Origin: a virus
Taxonomy: Duplodnaviria > Caudoviricetes
Virus record (IMG/VR): IMGVR_UViG_3300020045_004268
Span: 1-55,768 of that record
DNA: 55,768 bases
Reading direction: 5' to 3' (one strand)
Shown here: one piece after another, positions 18,470 to 27,325 of the stretch
How positions within the stretch are numbered: the stretch's first letter is position 1
Layout of the letters: every line of letters begins with the position of its first letter
Made by a program: the position numbers and the translations under genes
The notes under the pieces: model-generated
The model's database searches: none
Told to the model about the DNA's origin: nothing
What the model saw: the letters and a program-made list of their open reading frames with translations, nothing else

Positions 18470-19249
18470 TTATTGGTTATAAAATTTACCATCGTTTATT
18501 GGGGCTGTATTGGGTTTTTCGGGCAGCTTAACCATAGTTCGAGTATTATTTGCCTCGGTTATCCAATCCCGGATGCTTAACAACCATCCACGCTCTGTAC
18601 GCCGCTTTTGAGGGTTGTTCTCGCTCCACATATCAGCTTTACGGATATAGTGCTTTAAATCCACTCCTTTGAACTTTTCTACAAATTCTTTATCCTTTGC
18701 TAAGTAATCTCTCAATGTTACATAATCTGACCATTTGCATTCAGCGAAAAAAATTGCAGCCGCCGCCTCTTTTTTATTTTTAGAAGAAGTTTTTAAGGTT
18801 TCAGTAGGTAAATCAGTTTCGGAAAAAAGTAAAGGCGTTTCTTCTATTTGGTTTATATTTGGTTTATTATATGGTATAGGTTGGCTATTATCATCTAATG
18901 TATTTGGCATTACTGACTTATCCATTTGCGATAAATAGCTAATCGTGTTTTCACTAACTGTATACCATTTTGTTCTATCGTATGGAGAAGCATTATAATT
19001 TCCAGATAAAATTAATTCGTGCTTTTCAAGTTTTGACAAACAGGTTTTAATTTGGCTTTCAGTAAGCCATGTAAATTGCTCTATAAACGCTTTGATGCTA
19101 TTATAAGTCCAGTATTTGCCATCGTGAAAATTCCTGTTATTGGCCTTATTTGTATCAACCCAAAAATCAATGTTTGAGTAGATAATTGCAGCATCAGTAC
19201 CAACTATTTTAGCCATATCAGGCTCAAATGTCATTTTAACTTTACTCAT
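18470..19249 (-). CDS. Phage replication initiator (winged-helix N-terminus)
   Basis: FEPDMAKIVG..AAII...FW..N......DGKYWTYNS...F.W...QI...L.KL...YDRTKWY; upstream of DnaB-like gene. Confidence 0.75.
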   Translation of the reverse strand: MSKVKMTFEPDMAKIVGTDAAIIYSNIDFWVDTNKANNRNFHDGKYWTYNSIKAFIEQFTWLTESQIKTCLSKLEKHELILSGNYNASPYDRTKWYTVSENTISYLSQMDKSVMPNTLDDNSQPIPYNKPNINQIEETPLLFSETDLPTETLKTSSKNKKEAAAAIFFAECKWSDYVTLRDYLAKDKEFVEKFKGVDLKHYIRKADMWSENNPQKRRTERGWLLSIRDWITEANNTRTMVKLPEKPNTAPINDGKFYNQ

Positions 19250-19766
19250 GGCCAAAGTCTGTTATATGTTGTTCAATAGTATTTAATTGAGTGTCGGTTA
19301 ACTCAAACCATTCGCCATCTACTCTAAACATAGCAAAAACAGAATGCAGATAAGCCTCGCAAAGAATATTATCAACCTTAAACTCTGAAAAAAGAGTTAT
19401 GCTTGGGTTTGATGTTTTCAATGTTTTCATTCTGTCGCTAATCTTGCCTCTTGTCATCCCTATTTTAAATAGGTTTGTTCTTTCGCATTTAGCAACATAA
19501 ATTATTCCCGGTGTTATTTTTTTTTCTTTTTTATTGCAAGGAGGCTCGTAACGATAATCAGCTTCTAAAGATTTGTTTTCTCTATCCATATAAGAAATTA
19601 CATTATCATAATTAGTTATTGAATTTTCTAAACATTCCTTTAAATGAATAAGGTCTTCTTTGGTGGGAATTTCATACCAATTTCCAGTAAAAAGACAAAG
19701 ATGCTCTTTTCCATCATCTGAACTTTTTATTCTTAATTGGAAAAATTTAAACACATTTGTTATCAT
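19242..19766 (-). CDS. T5orf172/Mug113 GIY-YIG domain protein
   Basis: IYV...FKIGMT...R...L.TSNP...E..LH..F...RVDGEWF.L. Confidence 0.85.
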   Translation of the reverse strand: MITNVFKFFQLRIKSSDDGKEHLCLFTGNWYEIPTKEDLIHLKECLENSITNYDNVISYMDRENKSLEADYRYEPPCNKKEKKITPGIIYVAKCERTNLFKIGMTRGKISDRMKTLKTSNPSITLFSEFKVDNILCEAYLHSVFAMFRVDGEWFELTDTQLNTIEQHITDFGHE

Positions 19767-19881
19767 AATAAAAAAAATCCATTTGGTTTCCCCGTGACGG
19801 CAGGTACTCCCAAATGGATTAAAATTAATAAAGTCTTTTGTTGTAATAAAGCCCGTCAGAATTATTACTTCGACAAATATA
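19767..19881 (-). ncRNA. Structured 5' leader copy 3 (promoter plus kissing-loop hairpins)
   Basis: TATATTTG at 19881-19874; hairpin 19843-19868 with UGACGG; hairpin 19776-19820 loop CCGUCA, GAGUA/GAAA internal loop, U-tract, ATG. Confidence 0.7.
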
Positions 19882-19886
19882 ATACT

Positions 19887-20126
19887 TTATTCGATATAAC
19901 TTATAGCCTCGCCAATTTCCTTAGCCTTTTGATTAAAGTTAACCGATTGTTCCTGAGCCTCACTTTTAAGGGTTTCAAGATGATCACACGCTTTACGCCT
20001 TACCATGTTTAAAATCTGCACCGTTTCAAGTTCTGTAAATTGGCAATCTACATCGCTAAATAGTTGCATTAAAACATTGGATGCACGCTTTGACATTTTT
20101 TCCTCTCGGGTCTTTTTCTTAAACAT
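19887..20126 (-). CDS. Hypothetical protein
   Basis: 79 aa ORF. Confidence 0.6.
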   Translation of the reverse strand: MFKKKTREEKMSKRASNVLMQLFSDVDCQFTELETVQILNMVRRKACDHLETLKSEAQEQSVNFNQKAKEIGEAISYIE

Positions 20127-20376
20127 CGCTTAAATTGTCAAATTCCTTTTTAAGGTCTTGAAGTTTTACATTGTACTTGTGTATTAATAACGCCCGTATT
20201 TCCTCAATAATTTCAGGATCATTACAAACTACACTCCTATCGCTACCATTGCCATGACTAAAATCAATCCACGTAGCTTTTTGGTTAGTTGTTTCTTCAA
20301 TCCTTTTTTTGGTTTGCTTAATAAGGCCATCTATTTTATTAGCCTCGTTTAATGTTTCTATTTTCATTTTATTCAA
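20119..20376 (-). CDS. Hypothetical protein
   Basis: 85 aa ORF. Confidence 0.6.
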   Translation of the reverse strand: MNKMKIETLNEANKIDGLIKQTKKRIEETTNQKATWIDFSHGNGSDRSVVCNDPEIIEEIRALLIHKYNVKLQDLKKEFDNLSDV

Positions 20377-20683
20377 ATTTTAAGGTTAAACTTTCTTTAT
20401 CGCCTTTAGCGTTATTTTGCTGTTTTACGCGCATTTCTTTGCTTATCCATACATTGATAGGCTTTAACTTGTTATTCGGCCTCCTGGTTACCGTAAATGG
20501 GTTTGTAGGGTGCTTAAAGATTAATTCCTCTCGCTGCAACCTTTGCAAAACAGCACCCCACATACTACCGTTACCCTCAACCTTACCACCAGCCATTAAA
20601 TAGGCCTGTTTTAGTTCCTCAACCGTAAAAGAAACAAATCGCTTCTTTACCCAGTCTTTTGAAAATGTGTAGGGGGTTTTCAT
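20369..20683 (-). CDS. Hypothetical protein (possible wHTH)
   Basis: FT.EEL...WGAV...L.R..LI...VW.S. Confidence 0.65.
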   Translation of the reverse strand: MKTPYTFSKDWVKKRFVSFTVEELKQAYLMAGGKVEGNGSMWGAVLQRLQREELIFKHPTNPFTVTRRPNNKLKPINVWISKEMRVKQQNNAKGDKESLTLKFE

Positions 20684-20684
20684 T

Positions 20685-22895
20685 CTAAAAAAGGGTTAGC
20701 GTTGCGTTTTTTTCTTCAACAAATGCCTTGTGATTTGCTGCATTTATTTTAAAGTAACTTTCTTTCAATTCTATTGAAATTGATTTACGGTTAAGTTTTA
20801 TGCCGGCACAACCCTCGCTACCAATACCACCAAAAGGGCTAAATACGGTTTCCCCCTCATTGCTGTATAAATGCAACACTCTTTCAATGGTGTCGAGCTG
20901 GAGCGGCGTGATATGTTTTTCATCATTATTATCACGGGCTGCACGATATTGCAAAGTGCGGCCATAATCAATATCATACCATACAGGGCTGGCATATTTC
21001 TGCCAAAGGTCAACCGGTAAATAATCTAATCCGGTTTCGTCTTTATCCTGGTGCGTAATAGGTATTTCGTTTTCTCCCTCATTCCTGAAAAACAAAACAT
21101 AATCGGGAATACCGACCCGGCTCATAACGCTATCCTTTTTAATAGTTTTATGCAGCAAACCTAATGCCTTTGTACGCTGCATTTCGGTAACTGGGTTTTT
21201 CCAAATAGTAACCCGGCTATGGTAAACCATGCCATGTTCCTGATGCCATTTAATAATATCCCCGCTAAAATCACGTAACCCGATATAACCGTGCTTACCT
21301 TTTTGTACCGGTAAATCCATACAATGAACAGCAACCATACGTCCCGGCTTTGTTATGCGTTTTATTTCAGGTAAGAGATAATTGTAATGCTCGGAAAACT
21401 GATTGTAATTTGCGCAATTATTCATATCCTTAGGGTTGTCGCTGTACACATAAAGCTCTGGGAAAGGCGGGCTATATATTGTAATACCAGCGGAATTATC
21501 GGCTATCTTTTTGCTTTCTTCAACGGCATCACCGCAATAAAGGGAATAGTTTTCAGTGTGTATCTCGTTTTCTTTAATCACTACTTTTGATTTATTAGTT
21601 GTGTAATCAGCCTCAGCACTATACTTAGCCATTTGGCTTATCATTTCTTTGTGCCTGGCCTCTTTTTCTAAAATGCTTTGCCTTACGTTTTGTTGGCTTT
21701 CAGGAACTAATAAATGTACCGTTACCTTACGTTTTTGCCCAAACCTGTAACACCGCCTTACAGCCTGGTAAAACTGCTCAAACTTGAAATCATAAGATAA
21801 AAATATCATTTGATTGCATTGTTGGTAGTTCATACCCATTGATGCAATTTTAGTTTTAGTAACCAACGTATTAAATTCTGATTTTGCAAAACCGTTTAAA
21901 TACTTTGCTTTACGTTCCGGCTTATCGCTACCCTGAACGTTTATAGCATCATTTACCAAGTTAACAACGCTATCAGTTTCCTGATTTTGTAAACCCCAAA
22001 TAATAAACTGGCCTGGGTTTTCTTCTACAATTTTTTGCGATTTTAAAAGGCGTTCCTGAATTGTTCGTCTTAAGTCTTTATGTATTTCAGTAGCACTTAC
22101 TGAAACGTCTGCAAATAGGCTATCTGTATTGTTTTCAACCGGTATTAAATGTTCGATATACTCAATTTCCGGCAATTCGTAACCAACATGATTAAACCCT
22201 AATGTTTTTGGATTATCAAGTGATATACTCCATGTGCAGACGTATTTCCAAAATGGGTCTGTAGCGTGTTTACGTAAACGCCATTTCGAAGTTTCCCCGC
22301 CATCATGTACAAAGAACATTGCCAGCATTTCCTGATAGCTCATACCTCCTAAAAACTCAGAATGCATCCCTAACTCCATGTGGTCATTGGGGCTTGGCGT
22401 GGCGGTGCAACAAAGTTTATAAGGCGTTTTTTTAAATGTAGACAAAAGCAGTTGTGATGTTTTACCATCACTATTTTTTAATATGCTGCTTTCATCCAAA
22501 ACAATACCCGAAAATATTGAACAATCAATGTTTTGTAATTGCTCATAATTTACGATTTGTACCGGTGCAAAGTGTGGATTATCTTTATCAAAACTTGTGT
22601 AAACAACCTTAACCCCAAACCTATCGCCCTCTTCAATTGTTTGCTGTATTATAGCCAATGGCGCCAATATCAAAACCGGCATGTTTGTGTGTTTACTAAC
22701 CTCATGAGCCCATACCAATTGCTGTAGTGTTTTACCAAGCCCACAATCTTCAAACAATGCAAACCTACCTTTGCGTAAAGCAATCCTAACAGTGTATTCC
22801 TGGAAGTCAAAAAGATGCTCGTTTAGCTTTCCGGCCTCAAATCCGCTTTCAATAAACGTCTTTTTTTTGTTTTCTAAAAATTGTTTGTATTCCAT
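20685..22895 (-). CDS. SNF2-like helicase fused to beta-class amino-methyltransferase (N4C/N6A)
   Basis: DCGLGKT, LDESS, TATP, QAVRRCYRFGQ; then YSPPF (motif IV) preceding SPFGGIGS (motif I). Confidence 0.88.
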   Translation of the reverse strand: MEYKQFLENKKKTFIESGFEAGKLNEHLFDFQEYTVRIALRKGRFALFEDCGLGKTLQQLVWAHEVSKHTNMPVLILAPLAIIQQTIEEGDRFGVKVVYTSFDKDNPHFAPVQIVNYEQLQNIDCSIFSGIVLDESSILKNSDGKTSQLLLSTFKKTPYKLCCTATPSPNDHMELGMHSEFLGGMSYQEMLAMFFVHDGGETSKWRLRKHATDPFWKYVCTWSISLDNPKTLGFNHVGYELPEIEYIEHLIPVENNTDSLFADVSVSATEIHKDLRRTIQERLLKSQKIVEENPGQFIIWGLQNQETDSVVNLVNDAINVQGSDKPERKAKYLNGFAKSEFNTLVTKTKIASMGMNYQQCNQMIFLSYDFKFEQFYQAVRRCYRFGQKRKVTVHLLVPESQQNVRQSILEKEARHKEMISQMAKYSAEADYTTNKSKVVIKENEIHTENYSLYCGDAVEESKKIADNSAGITIYSPPFPELYVYSDNPKDMNNCANYNQFSEHYNYLLPEIKRITKPGRMVAVHCMDLPVQKGKHGYIGLRDFSGDIIKWHQEHGMVYHSRVTIWKNPVTEMQRTKALGLLHKTIKKDSVMSRVGIPDYVLFFRNEGENEIPITHQDKDETGLDYLPVDLWQKYASPVWYDIDYGRTLQYRAARDNNDEKHITPLQLDTIERVLHLYSNEGETVFSPFGGIGSEGCAGIKLNRKSISIELKESYFKINAANHKAFVEEKNATLTLF

Positions 22896-23614
22896 TACGC
22901 TAATAGTTTCTCGGCTTCCAACACCCTTTTAGTTAAAAATATTACGTCATCTGCTGGTATCTCAAACTCAAAAATATTTAAGTTTTCAAATTTGCTATCG
23001 TTGGGCAAAACAGCCAATTGCGAGTTAGGTTTTTCATGTATGTAATACATATCTGATTTTAGCATACCGATTTCTTCAAGATAATCATCATCATGCATTA
23101 ATTCCCGGATTTCATCCATTTCGCTTTCATAAGGCATATAAAGAATAGCCTCGCCCTTTGGAACTTCATGTATTTGGGAGTTACATATTATCTGCCAATA
23201 CTCTTTAGGATGCTCTGCTTTAATTTTGTCTGTATCCTTGGTAAGCAACGCCGACGCATAGCTGGCAAAGTTTTTAGGCTCAAAACATTTAAGCTCTGAT
23301 ACTTTTACTTTAGGTACTAAAAAGTCAGTTGTACCCACAACGCTATTTATTTTTGGGTGTTGCTTTGTTGCTTTGTTTAGCATGACATACCCCATACCTA
23401 AATTATTAAAAACCCTTTTTTCAAGAAACTGCCCCCACGTCATTGACTGGGATTTAGCACCCATTTCGATACTCCTGTTTAAGTACCGTTCATGCTTCTT
23501 TTCCTCAATGTATGAGTAAAAAGTTGCATTTGGCTTTCCACTTGCAAGCGATGCGCATAGTTTGTAAATGTTGCTTGCTGTGAAATTACCTACCCTTAAT
23601 CTTTCCTCATTCAT
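22895..23614 (-). CDS. YqaJ/lambda exonuclease-like recombination nuclease
   Basis: R.GNFTAS, M.WG..LE, GTTD, ELKC, YWQ. Confidence 0.8.
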   Translation of the reverse strand: MNEERLRVGNFTASNIYKLCASLASGKPNATFYSYIEEKKHERYLNRSIEMGAKSQSMTWGQFLEKRVFNNLGMGYVMLNKATKQHPKINSVVGTTDFLVPKVKVSELKCFEPKNFASYASALLTKDTDKIKAEHPKEYWQIICNSQIHEVPKGEAILYMPYESEMDEIRELMHDDDYLEEIGMLKSDMYYIHEKPNSQLAVLPNDSKFENLNIFEFEIPADDVIFLTKRVLEAEKLLA

Positions 23615-24434
23615 TTGCCGGTAGTTTAGCGGTTAAGAATTTAATAGCCTTATCGTAACTGGCAGTTTCTTTGTTGTCAATCACACGCTTAATATCCGTG
23701 TTTTCATCTTCTGTTAGCCCCTGTGAAGAATCGTAAAGTTCCGAAAGAACCTTAAACCTGTCCTCATAATCGTTAACAACAATATGCGGTATATCGCTAA
23801 CATCGCCATCGCTAATATCGCTACCCTTAATCGTATTATAAAGCCACCTCTTAGCCTTTCTTTCGGCTTTACCTACAAGGGCATCATAAGACGTGTAATC
23901 GCTCGATTTAATAGGAAAATCAATAACCTGCTTTTTAGCCGTTTCCTCATTAAACTGCCAATCTATTTGAACAACGACGTTTGCCGTTTTAGAGCCTGGA
24001 TGCTGAACAATATTTTTGTATGTAAAGTTTTTTCTTAGCCCTGTCATTTTGTCAAGCAAAGAACCAAACCCCTCCCGTGTTGGGTACATATTCCCCCCGA
24101 TTATATTAAACTGGTTACCTGTAACTTCAAGCCCCAATAAAACGGCATCAATTACGCAGTCCTTAACAACGTTTTCAGGGTAACCAGTACCTTTTTGTTT
24201 TGTTTTGGGGTCAATGTCTTTATCAGTTAAAAAACCCAGCCTTGAACCTTGCAACGCCATTATTGGCTGCATATATTCAGGGCTTAATTTCTCCCGTAAG
24301 AAACCAATTGCGCTACTGGTTACAAATGCCTTTTCAAAGCCCTGAACATTGTTAGACACTACCGCCAATATCTTAGCATCAATTTCCTTTGATACTAATG
24401 AAAATTCATTCTCTGTTTTTGAAATATTTGCCAT
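23607..24434 (-). CDS. Putative single-strand annealing protein (RecT-like)
   Basis: Adjacent to exonuclease; GLEVTGNQFNII...Y.T.EG, KAERKA. Confidence 0.5.
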   Translation of the reverse strand: MANISKTENEFSLVSKEIDAKILAVVSNNVQGFEKAFVTSSAIGFLREKLSPEYMQPIMALQGSRLGFLTDKDIDPKTKQKGTGYPENVVKDCVIDAVLLGLEVTGNQFNIIGGNMYPTREGFGSLLDKMTGLRKNFTYKNIVQHPGSKTANVVVQIDWQFNEETAKKQVIDFPIKSSDYTSYDALVGKAERKAKRWLYNTIKGSDISDGDVSDIPHIVVNDYEDRFKVLSELYDSSQGLTEDENTDIKRVIDNKETASYDKAIKFLTAKLPANE

Positions 24435-24436
24435 AA

Positions 24437-25795
24437 TTACAGGTTTTTAAGGTCGGTTAATAGTTTTGTTTTTAGCGTTACCATTTGAGCCATAACGCCA
24501 TCTAAAAAAGTATCGGCCTCTTTGTTTTCAAGTTCAGGTATTGCGCCGGAAAACTCCAATGTGTCGATAAATTCAGAAATAGCCGTTACATCAGGTTTAA
24601 GGCGTTTAACACGTTCCTTGTTTTCTTTTTCGGCTTTTTTAATATCTGCCTTGCGTTGGTTTTCGGCGGCTTCATCCGCTTCTTTTTGGGCTTGTATGCG
24701 TTGTACCTCTGCAAGTTTTTCAGCCTCAAAATCTGCAATTGATTTTTTAGCATCCGAGATTATATTTTCAAAATCAACAACGCCAGTATTTTCAACGCTT
24801 TCAACATGGATAGTTAAATCAGAATTGTTCGATTTATTGCTTTCATGTTTGTAAAAGAAGTAAGCACCTCCCTTATAGATAAAGCCAATTTCGGAAAGCC
24901 GATTTTTTCGTACATAAAAAACCTGTTGTTTTTCTTCACGCTCTTTTTGCTCACGTTCCAAACGTTCAGCATCGGCGGCGGCTTGTTTTTCGCTTGCCTC
25001 TTTATCGGAGGCATCTTTCAAACCTTTGGCAGCATCCAAAATAGCAGTAAAATGGTCTTCTTCATATTTATGAAGTTCAACTACATTTAAGTCCTGAGTA
25101 TAGGGGATGTACTGGGCTATTTTTGCCAGCCGGTCATTCTGTAGTTTTGTTTGGGCTTCACGTTCTTTTTCCTCCGCTTTTAAACGCTCGTTTTCGGCTC
25201 TCTGTGCCTCTTTTTCTTTCAGGTCAGATACTTTGTTATCCATAGCGGTTATAACCCGGCTACGGGCTTGTGTAAACAAAACGTCGTATTCCTCAAAGTC
25301 ATACTCTGTATTCAGCAACTCCAAAACATCAGTATGGTTAGCCGAAATTGTATCAAACGTCATTTTTTGGATAATCTCATATCCCGATGTTTCAATATCT
25401 GAAATCTTTTGCTTAATGCCGTTGATACGTTCGGATTCTAAACGCTCACGCTCGACACGCTCTGTTTCCTTAATAGCCTCATAGCGCTTAACCTCGGCCT
25501 GTTGCTTTTCCTCATGTGGCAGGGTGATGGCTACAAGTTTGTCGCTTTCATCTTTAACCAGCTTTCTAAATGCTGCTAATTTAGAAGCAATTGTTTTATC
25601 CTGCCCCTCAATAGTGGCACGGGCTTTTAACAGGGCTGTGCGCCTCTTTTTACCTACCTCATAGCTGGTATTGTCGGTTATCTCAATAAAGGGGTTTTCC
25701 TCAACTATTGCAAGTTGTTTCTGCTCCCACCCGGCCAGCTCCGGCAATGATTGAACGTTTAAATTGTCAAGATTTAAAATTTCTGTTGTACTCAT
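24437..25795 (-). CDS. Long coiled-coil protein (DUF1351/Gam-like context)
   Basis: E/K/R-rich heptads, upstream of recombination genes. Confidence 0.65.
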   Translation of the reverse strand: MSTTEILNLDNLNVQSLPELAGWEQKQLAIVEENPFIEITDNTSYEVGKKRRTALLKARATIEGQDKTIASKLAAFRKLVKDESDKLVAITLPHEEKQQAEVKRYEAIKETERVERERLESERINGIKQKISDIETSGYEIIQKMTFDTISANHTDVLELLNTEYDFEEYDVLFTQARSRVITAMDNKVSDLKEKEAQRAENERLKAEEKEREAQTKLQNDRLAKIAQYIPYTQDLNVVELHKYEEDHFTAILDAAKGLKDASDKEASEKQAAADAERLEREQKEREEKQQVFYVRKNRLSEIGFIYKGGAYFFYKHESNKSNNSDLTIHVESVENTGVVDFENIISDAKKSIADFEAEKLAEVQRIQAQKEADEAAENQRKADIKKAEKENKERVKRLKPDVTAISEFIDTLEFSGAIPELENKEADTFLDGVMAQMVTLKTKLLTDLKNL

Positions 25796-25816
25796 TTTAT
25801 AATTATTTGTTGATTC

Positions 25817-26020
25817 CTATTTTGCTACTCCAAACCCGATTAATTTTTTCTCATCGAAAACCTCAAACATGTAACTCCGCTTTACACGGGCTGCTTCCGA
25901 TGCTTTTATTCTTTCAGTGAAAAAAGATATTGAGCCATCATCTACCGACTTTGTAATGTTCTTTCCAAACTCATTGAAATACTGAACATTCATTTTTGAT
26001 TGCTTTGCCATTGCCGCCAT
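25817..26020 (-). CDS. Hypothetical protein
   Basis: 67 aa ORF. Confidence 0.6.
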   Translation of the reverse strand: MAAMAKQSKMNVQYFNEFGKNITKSVDDGSISFFTERIKASEAARVKRSYMFEVFDEKKLIGFGVAK

Positions 26021-26022
26021 AA

Positions 26023-26340
26023 TTAAACCTCCTTTACTACTTCTTTAAACGTTAAACCCGTTGTGTTACAAAAGTCAAGTATAAAGTTTAACGCTTTATC
26101 AGGACTGCATTTCTCCTTAAAACCCTCCATTATTTCAGGGAAAGTCTTTTTACTGTTCTTTAAGCAAAAGTTCATAAGGCTTACCGTCATAGGAGCGCTT
26201 TTCCCCCAATCATTTAAAACCGGTGCTGAAACCTTAAACTCTTCAACTACCATACCCTGGTTGTAGTTTATACCCCTTAGCTTTAAAGTAGCCAATGCCA
26301 TCTTTAAATCTATAACCGTTCTTTTTGTTTGCTCTGCCAT
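26023..26340 (-). CDS. Putative Cro-like HTH regulator
   Basis: NQGMVVEEFKVSAPVLNDW resembles an HTH; duplicated C-terminal helix pair. Confidence 0.5.
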   Translation of the reverse strand: MAEQTKRTVIDLKMALATLKLRGINYNQGMVVEEFKVSAPVLNDWGKSAPMTVSLMNFCLKNSKKTFPEIMEGFKEKCSPDKALNFILDFCNTTGLTFKEVVKEV

Positions 26341-26342
26341 TA

Positions 26343-26504
26343 TTACAAAACTCCTTTCATTTTTAATTGTTCATACTCATTTATTGTGATGTTAAAAAGT
26401 TCATCCCGTGGGTCTTCAAACATAGCTACAGTTGGCACGTTATCGTTAATCAAACGCTCGGCCTTAGCCACCATGTTTACGTTGTTTATTCTTTCGTATG
26501 GCAT
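26343..26504 (-). CDS. Small hypothetical protein (53 aa)
   Basis: Hand-translated MPYERINNVNMVAKAERL... Confidence 0.5.
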   Translation of the reverse strand: MPYERINNVNMVAKAERLINDNVPTVAMFEDPRDELFNITINEYEQLKMKGVL

Positions 26505-26656
26505 AATTCCTCTACTTTAAAAATTCGTTTATAAACCCTAACCTTTACCTTAAACCTGATAACCGAATCATCAAAATCAACGGCCTCTAAAATCAGCTCC
26601 CTGTCAACGCATTCGTCGTTAATTTCTACGTAATAATGAATGATGTATTTTCGCAT
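26486..26656 (-). CDS. Small hypothetical protein (56 aa), first gene of early operon
   Basis: Hand-translated MRKYIIHYYVEINDECVDREL... Confidence 0.55.
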   Translation of the reverse strand: MRKYIIHYYVEINDECVDRELILEAVDFDDSVIRFKVKVRVYKRIFKVEELCHTKE

Positions 26657-26754
26657 TTAATTAATTTTGTTTTGTTATTTGATACCGCAATATTATAAAA
26701 TAAATTTTAAACAACCTAAATTTTATTTTAAAAAGATTAAAATAAAATTTAAAA

Positions 26755-26789
26755 TAAAAAAAAGCCCCACCAAATTAATGGCGGGGCTA
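26755..26789 (-). terminator. Terminator ending tail operon
   Basis: AGCCCCGCCA...TGGTGGGGCT followed by T run. Confidence 0.75.
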
Positions 26790-26827
26790 ACAAGTAGAAA
26801 AAAACACTAACCATCGCAAAGGTTAGG

Positions 26828-27325
26828 CTACTTAATTTTTACGGTTGGGCTTTCGGCGGTTGCTATGTTTAAGGTAACAGGAACAGCAACGTATGTACCA
26901 CCTATTGGCGTTGTACCTGCCTGTATTGCTGTTAGCTGTGCGTTTATTAATGTTACAAGATTTTGCAATTGAGTATTTAAAACCTGATACCTTACAGCCG
27001 AATAATCAAGTCCATTTATTTCTACAGTCCCATTAGCATGACACCACACATAGCCTGCTACTTCATTTTTAACAGGGTCAACGGCATACATACGGCTTTC
27101 TCCTTCTAAAGCCTCCTGAAACGTATTTACATAGCCTGTAACAACCCTTTCAGATGCATTAGTAGTGTATGATAGTATTGCGGTTGTTCCTGCTATAGGG
27201 TTTCCGTCAAAGCCATAAGGCATAGCCTCTTTTGCGGTTACCGTTGTGCCGCCGATGCTTTTTAGCTTAAAAGTGCGCTTTCCAGCGTTATTAAGCAACT
27301 CTTTAAATTTTGTAAATACGTTCAT
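26828..27325 (-). CDS. Baseplate spike/assembly protein (Mu gp45-like)
   Basis: PYGFDGNP...GESRMY; follows hub gene. Confidence 0.7.
   Translation of the reverse strand: MNVFTKFKELLNNAGKRTFKLKSIGGTTVTAKEAMPYGFDGNPIAGTTAILSYTTNASERVVTGYVNTFQEALEGESRMYAVDPVKNEVAGYVWCHANGTVEINGLDYSAVRYQVLNTQLQNLVTLINAQLTAIQAGTTPIGGTYVAVPVTLNIATAESPTVKIK

Noticed and set aside
20798-21013. Alternate-frame minus ORFs inside larger genes (also 24814-25014, 27303-27494, 30440-30697)
   Set aside because: Nested out of frame in well-supported genes without independent signals
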